From Clostridiales bacterium (lineage in GTDB: Bacteria; Bacillota; Clostridia; Oscillospirales; Ruminococcaceae), in NCBI GenBank assembly GCA_012518465.1, contig JAAYSD010000010.1:7638-71637 (forward strand): a DNA stretch of 64,000 nt. Direction: 5' to 3'. Below, piece by piece: positions 9,896 to 20,428 of this stretch. Position numbers and translations under genes: made by a program. Each line of letters begins with the position of its first letter. Position 1 is the stretch's first letter. Below the pieces are notes generated by a model. The model was not told where the DNA came from. It ran no database searches and was given only the letters and a program-made list of their open reading frames with translations.

Positions 9896-10042
9896 TTATA
9901 TAAATTATTTTATTGTGTAATTTTATAGACAGTGATTGGTACAATGTTGCTGCCTGTAATTTTGTACGGTTTTTATCTTTTTAGGCTTATTTCAGACAGA
10001 AAATTATGTAGAATGAAATAAAAGGTTGGTTAAGGTGGCGTT

Positions 10043-13000
10043 ATGCTTCATATTGGTCTTGATGTCGGTTCTACTACAATAAAAATTGTAGTAGTCGATG
10101 ATAATGACAACATTGTTTATAAAAAATATCAAAGACATTTTTCAGATATTAAAAAAACTCTTGCTGAAATGCTTACACAAGCTTTTGATATTTTAGCTGA
10201 CAGTGAAATAACAATAGCAGTAACAGGCTCTGGTGGAATTTCTGTGTCTAAGTGGCTTGGTATTCCTTTTGTTCAGGAGGTCGCAGCTGGAGCAGATGCG
10301 ATTTCTAAGTTTATTCCTCAAACAGATGTTGCAATAGAGCTTGGGGGAGAGGATGCTAAGATTACCTACATTAAGGGTGGGCTAGAGCAAAGGATGAATG
10401 GCTCGTGTGCCGGTGGAACAGGTGCTTTTATCGATCAGATGGCAGCCTTGCTTAATACGGATATTTCCGGTCTTAATGAATTGGCGAAGAGCTATCAGAC
10501 AATTTATCCCATTGCTTCAAGATGTGGTGTTTTCGCAAAAAGCGATATTCAGCCATTGCTTAATGAAGGAGCACAAAAAAGTGATATTGCCGCTTCTATT
10601 TTTCAGTCGGTAGTAAATCAAACAATCAGTGGTCTTGCTTGTGGTAAGCCAATTAGAGGAAATGTTGCTTTTTTAGGAGGACCGCTTCATTATTTATCTG
10701 AATTAAGGCAGAGATTTATTGAAACCTTGGACCTTAGTGAAGAACAGGTGATTTTTCCTAATGATGCAAATTTATTTGTATCTATGGGCTGTGCCATTTC
10801 AGATAAAAGAGAAGCTATCGGTATAAACGCACTAAGCGAAAAGGTAAAAAAGCTTTCATCTATACAGGTTCATGAGGTGGAAAGGCTTGAGCCTCTTTTT
10901 TCAAGTGAAGATGAGCTAAGCCGATTTAATAAGCGTCATGCAAAAGCTGTTATTCCAACAAGGGATTTAACTACATATAAAGGAAAAACTTATTTAGGAA
11001 TTGATGCTGGTTCTACCACTACTAAAGCTACTTTAATAGATGAAGATAGTAATATTTTATATTCTTATTATGGCTCGAATAAAGGTGATCCTCTGCAATC
11101 GGTAATTAATATTCTTAAGGATATTTATTCAAAATTACCTAAGGATACATATATTTCAAAGGTTACATCCACAGGATATGGTGAGCATTTGATTAAAGCG
11201 GCTCTTGGTGCAGATTATGGCGAAATAGAAACGATGGCACATTATAAAGCTGCTGAAAAGGTTCTGCCCGGTGTTGAATTTATACTTGATATTGGCGGGC
11301 AGGATATGAAATGTATGCGTGTCAAGAATGGGGAAATAGAAAGCATATTGCTCAATGAAGCGTGCTCCTCAGGCTGTGGTTCTTTTATAGAAAATTTTGC
11401 AAATGCTCTTGGTATGAAGAGTGAGGAATTTGCTAAGGTTGGCCTTACTTCAAAAAGTCCGGTTGACTTAGGCTCTAGATGTACAGTTTTTATGAATTCA
11501 AGGGTTAAACAGGCTCAGAAGGAAGGCGCAAATGTAGCTGATATTTCAGCAGGATTATCTTATTCTGTTGTGAAAAACGCCTTGTTTAAGGTAATAAAAA
11601 TTCGTGACCCTGAGGCTATGGGAAAAAAGATAATTGTCCAAGGTGGAACTTTTATGAATCAATCGGTTCTTCGTGCTTTTGAGCTAGTCAGCGGAAGAGA
11701 GGTTGTTCGCCCCGATAAAGCAGGGCTTATGGGGGCTTATGGTGCAGCGCTTATTGCTAAAGAGCGTGATGATGGCAAGGGGTCGAAAATTTCTAGTCTT
11801 AATAGCCTTGAGGATTTTAAGGTTAAAAAAAGTACAGCAAGGTGTGGACTCTGTTCTAACAATTGCTTGCTTACAATCACTAGGTTTTCTGATGGAAGCC
11901 GCTATATCAGTAACAATCGATGCGAGCGTGGAGCAGGAAAAAATTTAAACAAATCTAATGTTCCTAATTTATATGATTATAAATATAAAAGGCTGTTTTC
12001 ATACGATTCTCTGCCTGAAAGTGAAGCAAAGCGTGGAGTTGTTGGCATACCGAGAGTTTTAGGTATGTATGAAAATTATCCTTTTTGGCATACCTTGTTT
12101 ACTCATCTTGGATATTGTGTAAAGCTTTCGCCAAAGTCCTCACGTGAAGTATACGATATGGGAATAGAAACAATGCCGTCAGAATCGGTTTGTTATCCGG
12201 CTAAGCTTTCGCATGGGCATATTGAAGAGCTTATAAAAATGGGTACAGATTTTATTTTCTATCCCAGCTTACCCTATGAAATGGACCCTAACACAAATTC
12301 GGACAATCATTATAATTGTCCTGTTGTCGCTACATATAGCGAGGTTATAAAAAATTCTGTGCCTGATTTACGTGATGGCAATATAATTTTTATGAATCCT
12401 TTCTTACCTATATATAATGAAAAAAGAATGGCTGAAAGGTTATTTGAAGAGTTTTCAAAGCAATTTCCCAATCAAAATTTCACGCTTGAAGAATTCAGAA
12501 ATGCTTGCAGAAAAGCTTATGAGGAAGATGAAAGCTTTAAAAATGATATAAGAAAAAAAGGTGAGGAAGTTTTAGCTGAGCTGAAACGTACCAATGGTAA
12601 GGGAATAGTACTTGCAGGAAGACCATATCACGTAGACCCTGAGGTTAATCATGGTATACCTGAAATGATAGCGGGATATGGCTATGCAATTTTTACTGAG
12701 GATAGTATAGCTCATTTAGGCAAAATTGTAAGACCTATACGTGTTGTTGACCAGTGGAGCTATCATTCAAGGCTTTATGCAGCTGCACATCTTGTAGGTG
12801 AAACTGATGAGCTTGAGCTTGTTCAGCTTAATTCATTTGGCTGTGGGTTAGATGCAATTACAACTGATCAGGTTCAAGAAATAATGCAAAGCTTTGGAAA
12901 AATGTATACTGTCTTAAAAATAGACGAGGTAAATAATTTAGGTGCTGCAAGGATACGCTTACGTTCTCTTATTTCTGTTGTGGAAGAGAGGAGGAGAAAG

Positions 13001-14338
13001 GGCTTTAAACCTCAAAGAGGTGAGGTTGGTTATCACCGTCAGCCTGAATTTACTAAGCAAATGAAAAAAAGGCATACTATTATTGCTCCTCAAATGTCAC
13101 CAATACACTTTAGTTTATTGCAAGAAGCTTTTAGGCTTGATGGCTATAATCTTGTTGTGCTAGAGGATTATAGCAAGGCAGTAACGGACGAGGGCTTAAA
13201 ATATGTTAATAACGATGCTTGTTATCCTGCCATTCTTACAATAGGGCAACTACTTCATGCTTTAAATTCAGGTAAATATGATGTAAATAATACTTCACTT
13301 ATGATTACTCAAACAGGTGGTGCTTGCAGGGCTACTAATTATGTAGGTATGATTAAAAAAGCGTTAAAGGATGCGGGCTTTGACCAGGTGCCTTTGATTT
13401 CATTAAATTTCGTAGGACTTGAGAAAAATTCCGGTTTTAAACTAAGTGCTCCTATGGCTTTAAGGGCTGTGATGGCAGTAATTTATGGCGATTTGCTTAT
13501 GAGATGCCTTTATAGAGTAAGGCCCTATGAGCTGATTAAAGGCTCAGCGAATGAACTTTACAAAAAGTGGAATAATAAGTTAAAGGCAGAATTGAAATAC
13601 CTTAGCAGAAAGCGTTATAAGAAAAATATTTATGAAATTGTAAGAGATTTTGACAATCTACCTGTTGTTAATACAATAAAACCCAGAGTCGGCTTAGTTG
13701 GTGAAATTCTTGTAAAGTATCACCCTGTTGCAAACAATTTTGCTGTTGATTTGCTAGAGCAGGAGGGTGCTGAGGCTGTTGTACCCGACCTTATGCATTT
13801 TGTACTTTATACAATGGATAGTGATAATTCTAGAAAAGAGCTATTGACAGTAAGCAAAAAGGCACATTTTTTTAAAAATCTTGTGATAAAATTTGTCGAG
13901 TGGATGCAAAAGCCTTATTTACAGGCAATCACCGATACAAAGTTTGGTACTTTTTCGAAAATATCTGAAATGAGAAAGCTCGTTGACGGTATAGTGTCAA
14001 CGGGAAATATAGCTGGTGAGGGCTGGTTTTTATCTGCTGAAATGCTTGAGCTTATACATACGGGAGTAACAAATATTGTATGTATGCAGCCTTTTGCTTG
14101 CTTACCTAATCATGTTACGGGAAAAGGAATTATTGGTGAATTAAGACGTAGAAATCCATTGTCAAATATTGTAGCTGTGGATTTTGACCCTGGTGCAAGT
14201 GAAGTAAATCAGGTAAATCGTATTAAACTTATGCTTTCACAGGCATTTAAAAATCTTGAGTTTACTGAAAAGGTTGAGTTTGCTCAGCTCAAGGTAGAAA
14301 CTAAATATCCCGATTTTGAAAACGTAAAAAATAATTAA
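10043..14338 (+). CDS. acyl-CoA dehydratase activase-related fusion protein: two BcrAD/BadFG-type ATPase domains plus two DUF2229/HgdB-like halves
   Basis: Two ASKHA ATPase signatures are present ([16 protein letters not shown] at the N-terminus and [16 protein letters not shown] near aa 317). A Cys cluster reads CGLCSNNC...NRCERG. The CYPA motifs are duplicated ([24 protein letters not shown]). Length is 1431 aa. Confidence 0.85.
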   Translation: MLHIGLDVGSTTIKIVVVDDNDNIVYKKYQRHFSDIKKTLAEMLTQAFDILADSEITIAVTGSGGISVSKWLGIPFVQEVAAGADAISKFIPQTDVAIELGGEDAKITYIKGGLEQRMNGSCAGGTGAFIDQMAALLNTDISGLNELAKSYQTIYPIASRCGVFAKSDIQPLLNEGAQKSDIAASIFQSVVNQTISGLACGKPIRGNVAFLGGPLHYLSELRQRFIETLDLSEEQVIFPNDANLFVSMGCAISDKREAIGINALSEKVKKLSSIQVHEVERLEPLFSSEDELSRFNKRHAKAVIPTRDLTTYKGKTYLGIDAGSTTTKATLIDEDSNILYSYYGSNKGDPLQSVINILKDIYSKLPKDTYISKVTSTGYGEHLIKAALGADYGEIETMAHYKAAEKVLPGVEFILDIGGQDMKCMRVKNGEIESILLNEACSSGCGSFIENFANALGMKSEEFAKVGLTSKSPVDLGSRCTVFMNSRVKQAQKEGANVADISAGLSYSVVKNALFKVIKIRDPEAMGKKIIVQGGTFMNQSVLRAFELVSGREVVRPDKAGLMGAYGAALIAKERDDGKGSKISSLNSLEDFKVKKSTARCGLCSNNCLLTITRFSDGSRYISNNRCERGAGKNLNKSNVPNLYDYKYKRLFSYDSLPESEAKRGVVGIPRVLGMYENYPFWHTLFTHLGYCVKLSPKSSREVYDMGIETMPSESVCYPAKLSHGHIEELIKMGTDFIFYPSLPYEMDPNTNSDNHYNCPVVATYSEVIKNSVPDLRDGNIIFMNPFLPIYNEKRMAERLFEEFSKQFPNQNFTLEEFRNACRKAYEEDESFKNDIRKKGEEVLAELKRTNGKGIVLAGRPYHVDPEVNHGIPEMIAGYGYAIFTEDSIAHLGKIVRPIRVVDQWSYHSRLYAAAHLVGETDELELVQLNSFGCGLDAITTDQVQEIMQSFGKMYTVLKIDEVNNLGAARIRLRSLISVVEERRRKGFKPQRGEVGYHRQPEFTKQMKKRHTIIAPQMSPIHFSLLQEAFRLDGYNLVVLEDYSKAVTDEGLKYVNNDACYPAILTIGQLLHALNSGKYDVNNTSLMITQTGGACRATNYVGMIKKALKDAGFDQVPLISLNFVGLEKNSGFKLSAPMALRAVMAVIYGDLLMRCLYRVRPYELIKGSANELYKKWNNKLKAELKYLSRKRYKKNIYEIVRDFDNLPVVNTIKPRVGLVGEILVKYHPVANNFAVDLLEQEGAEAVVPDLMHFVLYTMDSDNSRKELLTVSKKAHFFKNLVIKFVEWMQKPYLQAITDTKFGTFSKISEMRKLVDGIVSTGNIAGEGWFLSAEMLELIHTGVTNIVCMQPFACLPNHVTGKGIIGELRRRNPLSNIVAVDFDPGASEVNQVNRIKLMLSQAFKNLEFTEKVEFAQLKVETKYPDFENVKNN

Positions 14339-14353
14339 ATTAGAGGAGTTTAT

Positions 14354-15250
14354 ATGGCTGAAATGAAATTTACTACCGGTCCTAAGGGAACGGGTACGCA
14401 GGTTAATCCTAAAAAAGTGGGATTATGGGTTTTGATAGGTGTTATTATCTTACTAGTTTTGACTTTAATATTTAATACCTTTACAGTAGTAAATGAGGGG
14501 TATATTGGTGTAAAATACCGGTTTGGCAAGATTGTAAGAGATGATTTAAAAGCAGGACTTAATTTGTCTTTGCCTTTTATTGAAGAAATTAAGCAAGTGG
14601 ATATTCGTGAGCAGGTTTTTGAGCTAGATACAAATGCATATACAAGCGATACGCAGACAGTTGAGGCTTTAAAGCTTAAATTAAACTATGTTTACGATAG
14701 TGCTGAGCTTTCAAGTATTATTAAAGAGGTTGGCATTGAAAATGTAACTGCTAGACTTATTTATCCTCAAGTAAATGCTATTGCTAAAAATGAGATAGGT
14801 ACAATTAAGGCTGAAAATCTTGTAAATACAAGAATGAGTGTACAGCAGAGCATTCAAGAAAAATTGACTGAATCATTAGCTAAAAACGGTATTGTCGTAA
14901 CAAATTTTGCTATTGAAAATCTTGAGTTTGAAAATGTATTTGAAGAGGCTGTACGTGCTAAGGTAGTAGCACAGCAGGATGCATTAAAGGCTCAGAATAA
15001 AACAGAAGAAATTAAGCAAGAGGCAGAGCAGACAAGGATTTCTGCACAGGCTCAGGCAGATAGTGCTTTGATTAGAGCTGAGGCTGATGCAAAATCAATT
15101 TCTCTGATTCAGGAGCAAATTGCTAAAAATCCTTTGTATGTTGAATATTTAAAGGCTACTAAATGGAATGGTGAATTACCACAGGCTATGGGAACAGAGG
15201 TTAATCCTTTTATTAGTTTTGGCACTGATACACAGGTGCAGACGCCTTAA
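14354..15250 (+). CDS. SPFH/Band 7 (prohibitin/HflC-like) membrane protein
   Basis: AGAGGAG RBS. An N-terminal TM helix precedes the SPFH core (VNEGYIGVKYRFGKI..). The C-terminus is a coiled-coil rich in A/Q/E. It starts 16 nt after the upstream stop. Confidence 0.85.
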   Translation: MAEMKFTTGPKGTGTQVNPKKVGLWVLIGVIILLVLTLIFNTFTVVNEGYIGVKYRFGKIVRDDLKAGLNLSLPFIEEIKQVDIREQVFELDTNAYTSDTQTVEALKLKLNYVYDSAELSSIIKEVGIENVTARLIYPQVNAIAKNEIGTIKAENLVNTRMSVQQSIQEKLTESLAKNGIVVTNFAIENLEFENVFEEAVRAKVVAQQDALKAQNKTEEIKQEAEQTRISAQAQADSALIRAEADAKSISLIQEQIAKNPLYVEYLKATKWNGELPQAMGTEVNPFISFGTDTQVQTP

Positions 15251-15303
15251 ATTTTACGCATAAATCCGCAGTCATTTGATTGCATAACAGAACAGGAATA
15301 CAA

Positions 15304-17658
15304 ATGAGTGATAATTGTAAGCAGAGGGCTTTAAAAACATATTTTTCTAATTTAAATGAGATGCAGCAAAAAGCTGTTTTTCAGACTGAGGGCAGTGTGC
15401 TTATTATAGCGGGTGCAGGCAGTGGAAAAACGACGGTTATTGTAAACAGAGTTGCTAATATGATTCTGTTTGGAAATGGCTATCATGGTTCTTCAGGTGA
15501 AATTTCGCAAAGCGATAGAACTTTCCTTGATAACTTTAGTAAAGCAGATAGAAATGATTCTGAAATTGTAAATAGGTTATCTAAAATTTGTGCTGTAAAC
15601 CCAATAAAACCATGGAATTTACTTGTAATAACCTTTACAAATAAAGCGGCAAAGGAGCTAAAGGATAGGCTTTGCTCACGACTTGGAGAGCAAGGTGCTG
15701 ATATTAATGCTTCTACCTTCCATTCTGCTTGTGTTAAGATATTGAGGAGAGATATTCATCACCTTGGATATAAAAACAGCTTTACAATTTACGACAGTGA
15801 TGATAGCTTAAGAATTATTAAGGATATTATTAAAAATATTAATCTTTCTGACAAGCAGTTTATACCAAAGAGTGTGCAGGCTAGTATTTCTCACGCAAAA
15901 GATAAGCTGATTTATCCGCCTGAATTTAAAATAAAAGCGACAGCTAGTAACGATTTTTATCAGCTAAAGGTTGCTGAAATATATCAGGAATATCAAGATA
16001 GATTAAAGCTGTCTAATGCACTTGATTTTGACGACTTAATAGCTTTGACTGTTAAGCTTCTTAATGAAAATCCTGATGTTTTACAAAAATATAGAAATCA
16101 TTATAAATACATAATGGTTGATGAGTATCAGGATACAAATATTGCACAATATCAGCTTGTATCATTGCTTGCAGGTGATAAGGGTAATATTTGCGTTGTT
16201 GGTGATGATGACCAGAGTATTTATAAATTCCGTGGTGCGACTGTTGAAAATATTTTAAATTTTGAAAAGCATTTTAAGGGTGCAACTGTTATTAGATTAG
16301 AGCAGAACTATCGTTCTACAACTAATATTTTGAGTGCAGCAAATGCTGTCATAGCAAATAATACAAAGCGTAAGGAAAAGGCTTTGTGGTCTGATTTGGG
16401 CGATGGTGATAAAATTCAAGTTTATCGCTTTTTAGATGACCAGAGGGAGAGTTTTTTTGTAGCTGATACAATTCTTGATGGGATAAAGGCGGGAAAAAAG
16501 TATAATGATTTTGCTTTGCTATACAGGACTAATGCCCAGTCAAGAGGCTTTGAGATGACATTGGCTAAGGCGGGTATTCCATATAGAATGGTTGGTGGAG
16601 TACGCTTCTATGAGCGTAAGGAAATTAAGGATATTATCGCTTATTTAAGCGTTATTAACAATCCATATGATTTTATAAGATTTTCAAGAATAGCAAATCA
16701 GCCTAAGCGTGGTATTGGTGACGCAACCTTAAATGAGGTAGAAAGAATCGCAATTTCACTTGATATGTCACCTCTTGATGTAATCTTACAGGCCGATAGC
16801 TTTCCGGGATTATCCCGAAAGACAAATTCTCTAAAGCAGCTAGGTACTGTACTTGAAGAACTTAGACAACAAGCTGAAGATGGTGAGCTTGATACCTTGA
16901 TTGACGCAGTTATTGAAAAGACGGGGTATCGTGACTATTTGCTTATGCAGGGTGAAGAGGGCATTGGCAGACTTGAAAATATTAATGAGCTAAAGTCTAA
17001 TGTAATAGCTTCTTTGGAAGATAACGACAGCTTGACTCTTGATGAGTTTTTAGAGCAGGTTGCACTTGTTTCTGATTTGGATAGCTATGATGAAGACACG
17101 GACAGAGTAACATTTATGACAATGCACTCAGCAAAGGGTCTTGAATTTGACACTGTTTTTATTGTGGGTGCTGAAGAAAATATTTTCCCTAGCTATCGTT
17201 CAATATCGGAAGATGATGGTATCGATGAGGAACGCAGGCTTGCATATGTTGCTATTACAAGGGCAAAGCGAAAGCTTATTATCACAAGTGCTAGCGCAAG
17301 ACTAATATATGGTACTACACAGAAAAATCAGCTATCAAGGTTTGTAAAGGAAATACCTGATAAATATAAGGAGTTTTTTGATAAAACTATTATAGCTGAA
17401 AACAAAGCCTTTAAGCGTAAAAAGCCGGAGGAACCTAATTACCTACAAAACGGCGGCAATATAACTTTGAACTTTGCGAAAAAAGCCAAAGATAGTAAGA
17501 AATATAAGCCCGGAGATATAGTTTCTCATAATATTTTTAGAGAGGGAACTATAATTTCTGCTACACCTATGGGAAATGATACAATGCTTGAAATAGATTT
17601 TAAGGTTGCGGGAAAGAAAAAACTAATGGCGAATTTTGCAAGACTTGAAAAGCTTTAA
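15304..17658 (+). CDS. pcrA: ATP-dependent DNA helicase PcrA/UvrD
   Basis: SF1 motifs are present: AGAGSGKT, FTNKAA.EL, VDEYQDTN, QNYRST, MTMHSAKGLEF, VAITRA. ATG 15304 was preferred over the upstream TTG of the ORF track. Confidence 0.93.
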   Translation: MSDNCKQRALKTYFSNLNEMQQKAVFQTEGSVLIIAGAGSGKTTVIVNRVANMILFGNGYHGSSGEISQSDRTFLDNFSKADRNDSEIVNRLSKICAVNPIKPWNLLVITFTNKAAKELKDRLCSRLGEQGADINASTFHSACVKILRRDIHHLGYKNSFTIYDSDDSLRIIKDIIKNINLSDKQFIPKSVQASISHAKDKLIYPPEFKIKATASNDFYQLKVAEIYQEYQDRLKLSNALDFDDLIALTVKLLNENPDVLQKYRNHYKYIMVDEYQDTNIAQYQLVSLLAGDKGNICVVGDDDQSIYKFRGATVENILNFEKHFKGATVIRLEQNYRSTTNILSAANAVIANNTKRKEKALWSDLGDGDKIQVYRFLDDQRESFFVADTILDGIKAGKKYNDFALLYRTNAQSRGFEMTLAKAGIPYRMVGGVRFYERKEIKDIIAYLSVINNPYDFIRFSRIANQPKRGIGDATLNEVERIAISLDMSPLDVILQADSFPGLSRKTNSLKQLGTVLEELRQQAEDGELDTLIDAVIEKTGYRDYLLMQGEEGIGRLENINELKSNVIASLEDNDSLTLDEFLEQVALVSDLDSYDEDTDRVTFMTMHSAKGLEFDTVFIVGAEENIFPSYRSISEDDGIDEERRLAYVAITRAKRKLIITSASARLIYGTTQKNQLSRFVKEIPDKYKEFFDKTIIAENKAFKRKKPEEPNYLQNGGNITLNFAKKAKDSKKYKPGDIVSHNIFREGTIISATPMGNDTMLEIDFKVAGKKKLMANFARLEKL

Positions 17659-17663
17659 ATTAA

Positions 17664-17688
17664 GCCTGTTCTCATAAAGGGAACAGGC
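17664..17688 (+). terminator. hairpin after pcrA
   Basis: gcctgttc-tcataaagg-gaacaggc forms an 8-bp stem. The downstream U-tract is weak. Confidence 0.5.
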
Positions 17689-17716
17689 AGTAAATTTGCA
17701 AAAATTTTTTATATCC

Positions 17717-17745
17717 TTGACAAATTGATTGCATTTATGATAAAT
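17717..17745 (+). promoter_or_regulatory. sigma-A type promoter
   Basis: TTGACA, 17-nt spacer, ATAAAT, positioned upstream of the FAD-protein gene. Confidence 0.45.
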
Positions 17746-17809
17746 TATTGACGGAAGCTTATCTTATTAATATTAGTGTTTTAAGCGCTGTATAGGAGAA
17801 AGAAAAAGC

Positions 17810-19207
17810 ATGAAATATGATTTGATTATTATTGGAGCAGGTCCAGCGGGAATTTTTACAGCACTAGAAATGGTAAAAAGAAGCTCTAAGAAAAAGATTT
17901 TACTTGTTGAAAAGGGTGTTTCTGTTGAAAAACGTTTTTGTCCAAAGGTTAAGACAAAAAAATGCGTTAATTGTAAGCCTTTTTGCCATATAACAACAGG
18001 CTTTAGTGGTGCTGGTGCTTTTTCTGATGGAAAGCTTTCACTTAGTCCTGAGGTAGGAGGAACTTTACCAGAGCTAATTGGATATGAGCAAGCTTGTGAA
18101 CTAATAGATTATACTGATAAAATTTATCTTGATTTTGGGGCAGATACTAAAATTGAGGGAGTTGGTAATCCTGAAAAAATAAAGGAAATCAGAAAAAAAG
18201 CTATTAATGCAAACTTAAGGCTTGTAGATTGTCCTATAAGACATTTAGGCACTGAGATGGCTCAGGAAATTTACCTTAAAATAGAAAGGTACTTGCAGGA
18301 GAAAGGCGTCGAGATTCTTTTTAGTACAAATTGCAGAGATATTATTATTAAAGACGGGGTATGCAAGGGTGTAATTATATGTGATTCAAAAACAGGTCAA
18401 AATGAGAGGCAAGTTGATGCTGACGATGTTGTTATTGCAACGGGCAGAAAAGGTGCTGATTGGCTTGAAAAGACTTGTGAGCTGCATAATATTGCTCATC
18501 AGCCCGGAACTGTTGACATAGGCGTGCGTGTAGAAGTAAGAAATGAGGTAATGGAGGAAGTAAATGAGGTTTTGTATGAATCAAAGCTCATAGGCTATCC
18601 CTTGCCTTTTAAAAACAAGGTGCGTACATTCTGCCAAAATCCCGGTGGATTTGTTAGTCAGGAGAACTATGATAATAATTTAGCTGTGGTAAACGGACAC
18701 TCTTATAAAGAAAAGAAGTCTGATAACACTAATCTAGCAATCTTATGCTCGCATAATTTCAGCGTACCCTTTAATCAACCTATTGAATATGCTAAAAAGG
18801 TTGGAGAGCTTGCTAATATGCTAGCTAACGGACAGATACTTGTTCAGAGATATGGTGATATTTTAGATGGCAAACGTACATGGCCAAAGGAGTTGAGCTT
18901 TACTAATATAAAGCACACCCTGCTAGATGCGGTAGCTGGTGATATTACTGCTGCAATGCCTTATCGAACAATGGTGAATATTATCAACTTTATTCAAGCA
19001 GTTGATATGGTTGTGCCTGGGTTTGCAAGCAGGGAAACGCTATTATATTCACCTGAATTGAAGTTTTATAGCAATAAAATAAAAATGGACAGCAACTTAA
19101 ATACAAATATTAAGGGTCTTTATGCTTTAGGAGATTCTAGCGGTTGGACAAGAGGGCTTATGATGGCATCAATTATGGGAGTGATGATGGGAAGGCAATT
19201 AGCATAG
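17810..19207 (+). CDS. FAD-dependent protein (COG2509-type NAD(FAD)-utilizing dehydrogenase)
   Basis: An N-terminal dinucleotide-binding motif is present (DLIIIGAGPAGIF). Length is 465 aa, with a GDSSGWTRGLM C-terminal motif typical of this family. Confidence 0.8.
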   Translation: MKYDLIIIGAGPAGIFTALEMVKRSSKKKILLVEKGVSVEKRFCPKVKTKKCVNCKPFCHITTGFSGAGAFSDGKLSLSPEVGGTLPELIGYEQACELIDYTDKIYLDFGADTKIEGVGNPEKIKEIRKKAINANLRLVDCPIRHLGTEMAQEIYLKIERYLQEKGVEILFSTNCRDIIIKDGVCKGVIICDSKTGQNERQVDADDVVIATGRKGADWLEKTCELHNIAHQPGTVDIGVRVEVRNEVMEEVNEVLYESKLIGYPLPFKNKVRTFCQNPGGFVSQENYDNNLAVVNGHSYKEKKSDNTNLAILCSHNFSVPFNQPIEYAKKVGELANMLANGQILVQRYGDILDGKRTWPKELSFTNIKHTLLDAVAGDITAAMPYRTMVNIINFIQAVDMVVPGFASRETLLYSPELKFYSNKIKMDSNLNTNIKGLYALGDSSGWTRGLMMASIMGVMMGRQLA

Positions 19208-19241
19208 TATAAATGCAATTCAATTAAGGAAGGACAGCTTT

Positions 19242-20351
19242 ATGAAAAAGAAAATTTTAGCGGGTATTCTGTCAGCTTTTATGCTGTTATCTTCAGCTTG
19301 TTCGGGGGATAATAGCTCAATAGGTGAGGTATCAGAAACCACCTTAACTAAAGAGAATATTAAAGCAGGATTTGTTTATACTGGAAGCATTGATGATAAA
19401 AGCTATACTCAGGCTCATGATGAGGGTCGAAAAGCCTTGAATGATATGGGTATTCAGACTGAATATGTTGAAAATGTTCCTGCAAATGAGGACAGTGTAA
19501 ATGCGATTATTGATTTGATTGAAAAAGGCTGTAACGTAATTTACACCACCAGCAGTGAATATGATGAATACACTAAGATAGCTGCCGACCAATATCCTGA
19601 GATTATTTTTAATAATTGTTCGGGTGATATTACCTCAGATAATTTAGGTATTTATTCAGCAAGAACATATGAAGCTAGGTATATTTTAGGAATTGTAGCG
19701 GCAATGAATTCTAAAACTAAAAAAATAGGATATATAGCACCAAAGCCTATTCCCGAAGTGATACGTGATATCAATGCCTTTACGCTAGGCGTTCGCAGTG
19801 TTAGTGAAGAGGCTAGTGTTGAGGTTGTTTTTACAGATACATGGAATGATGAGATTATTGAAAAAACTGCTGTATTAACATTGATTTCTGATGGAAAAAA
19901 TATTGATGTAATTGCAAGCCAACAGAATTCCTTAGCTGTACAAAAATTCGCTGAAGAAAAGGGTGTTTTATCTATTGGAAATAATTATTCTACTTCAGAT
20001 ACTGCACCAAAGTCATATCTCACTGCCTCTGTTTATAATTGGAGTGAATTTTATGTACGGAGTATTAATTCCATTATAAATGATGAGTGGAGCAACAAGA
20101 CCTATTGGGAGGGGCTTTCAAGTGGAATTGTTGATATAGATGATTTGACAAATATAAATGCCGAAAATGTTAGTGAAAAGGTGAAAGAGGTTAAGGAAAA
20201 GATAAAGGCAGGGGAGCTAAATATTTTTTCTGGGGAAATTTATGATCAATATGGTAATATAATTGTAGAAAAAGATGATGTATTAAGTGATGATGAAATT
20301 TGGCAGATGAATTGGTTTGTAAATGGAGTTGTAGGAAAAATTGCAGAATAA
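19242..20351 (+). CDS. BMP-family (PnrA/Med-like) substrate-binding lipoprotein
   Basis: A lipoprotein signal with lipobox LSSAC is present. BMP-like motifs were seen (KAGFVYTGSIDDKSYTQAH, GYIAPKPIPEV). No adjacent ABC permease or ATPase genes. Confidence 0.8.
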   Translation: MKKKILAGILSAFMLLSSACSGDNSSIGEVSETTLTKENIKAGFVYTGSIDDKSYTQAHDEGRKALNDMGIQTEYVENVPANEDSVNAIIDLIEKGCNVIYTTSSEYDEYTKIAADQYPEIIFNNCSGDITSDNLGIYSARTYEARYILGIVAAMNSKTKKIGYIAPKPIPEVIRDINAFTLGVRSVSEEASVEVVFTDTWNDEIIEKTAVLTLISDGKNIDVIASQQNSLAVQKFAEEKGVLSIGNNYSTSDTAPKSYLTASVYNWSEFYVRSINSIINDEWSNKTYWEGLSSGIVDIDDLTNINAENVSEKVKEVKEKIKAGELNIFSGEIYDQYGNIIVEKDDVLSDDEIWQMNWFVNGVVGKIAE

Positions 20352-20352
20352 G

Positions 20353-20389
20353 AAAAAAGCTATAAATCGGAAAGATTTATAGCTTTTTT
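20353..20389. terminator. bidirectional rho-independent terminator between convergent genes
   Basis: aaaagctataaatc-ggaaa-gatttatagctttt forms a 14-bp stem, flanked by an A-run on one side and a T-run on the other. Confidence 0.8.
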
Positions 20390-20428
20390 ATAATGATTTT
20401 ATCATTGATTAATACAAGGCTTAATGTG

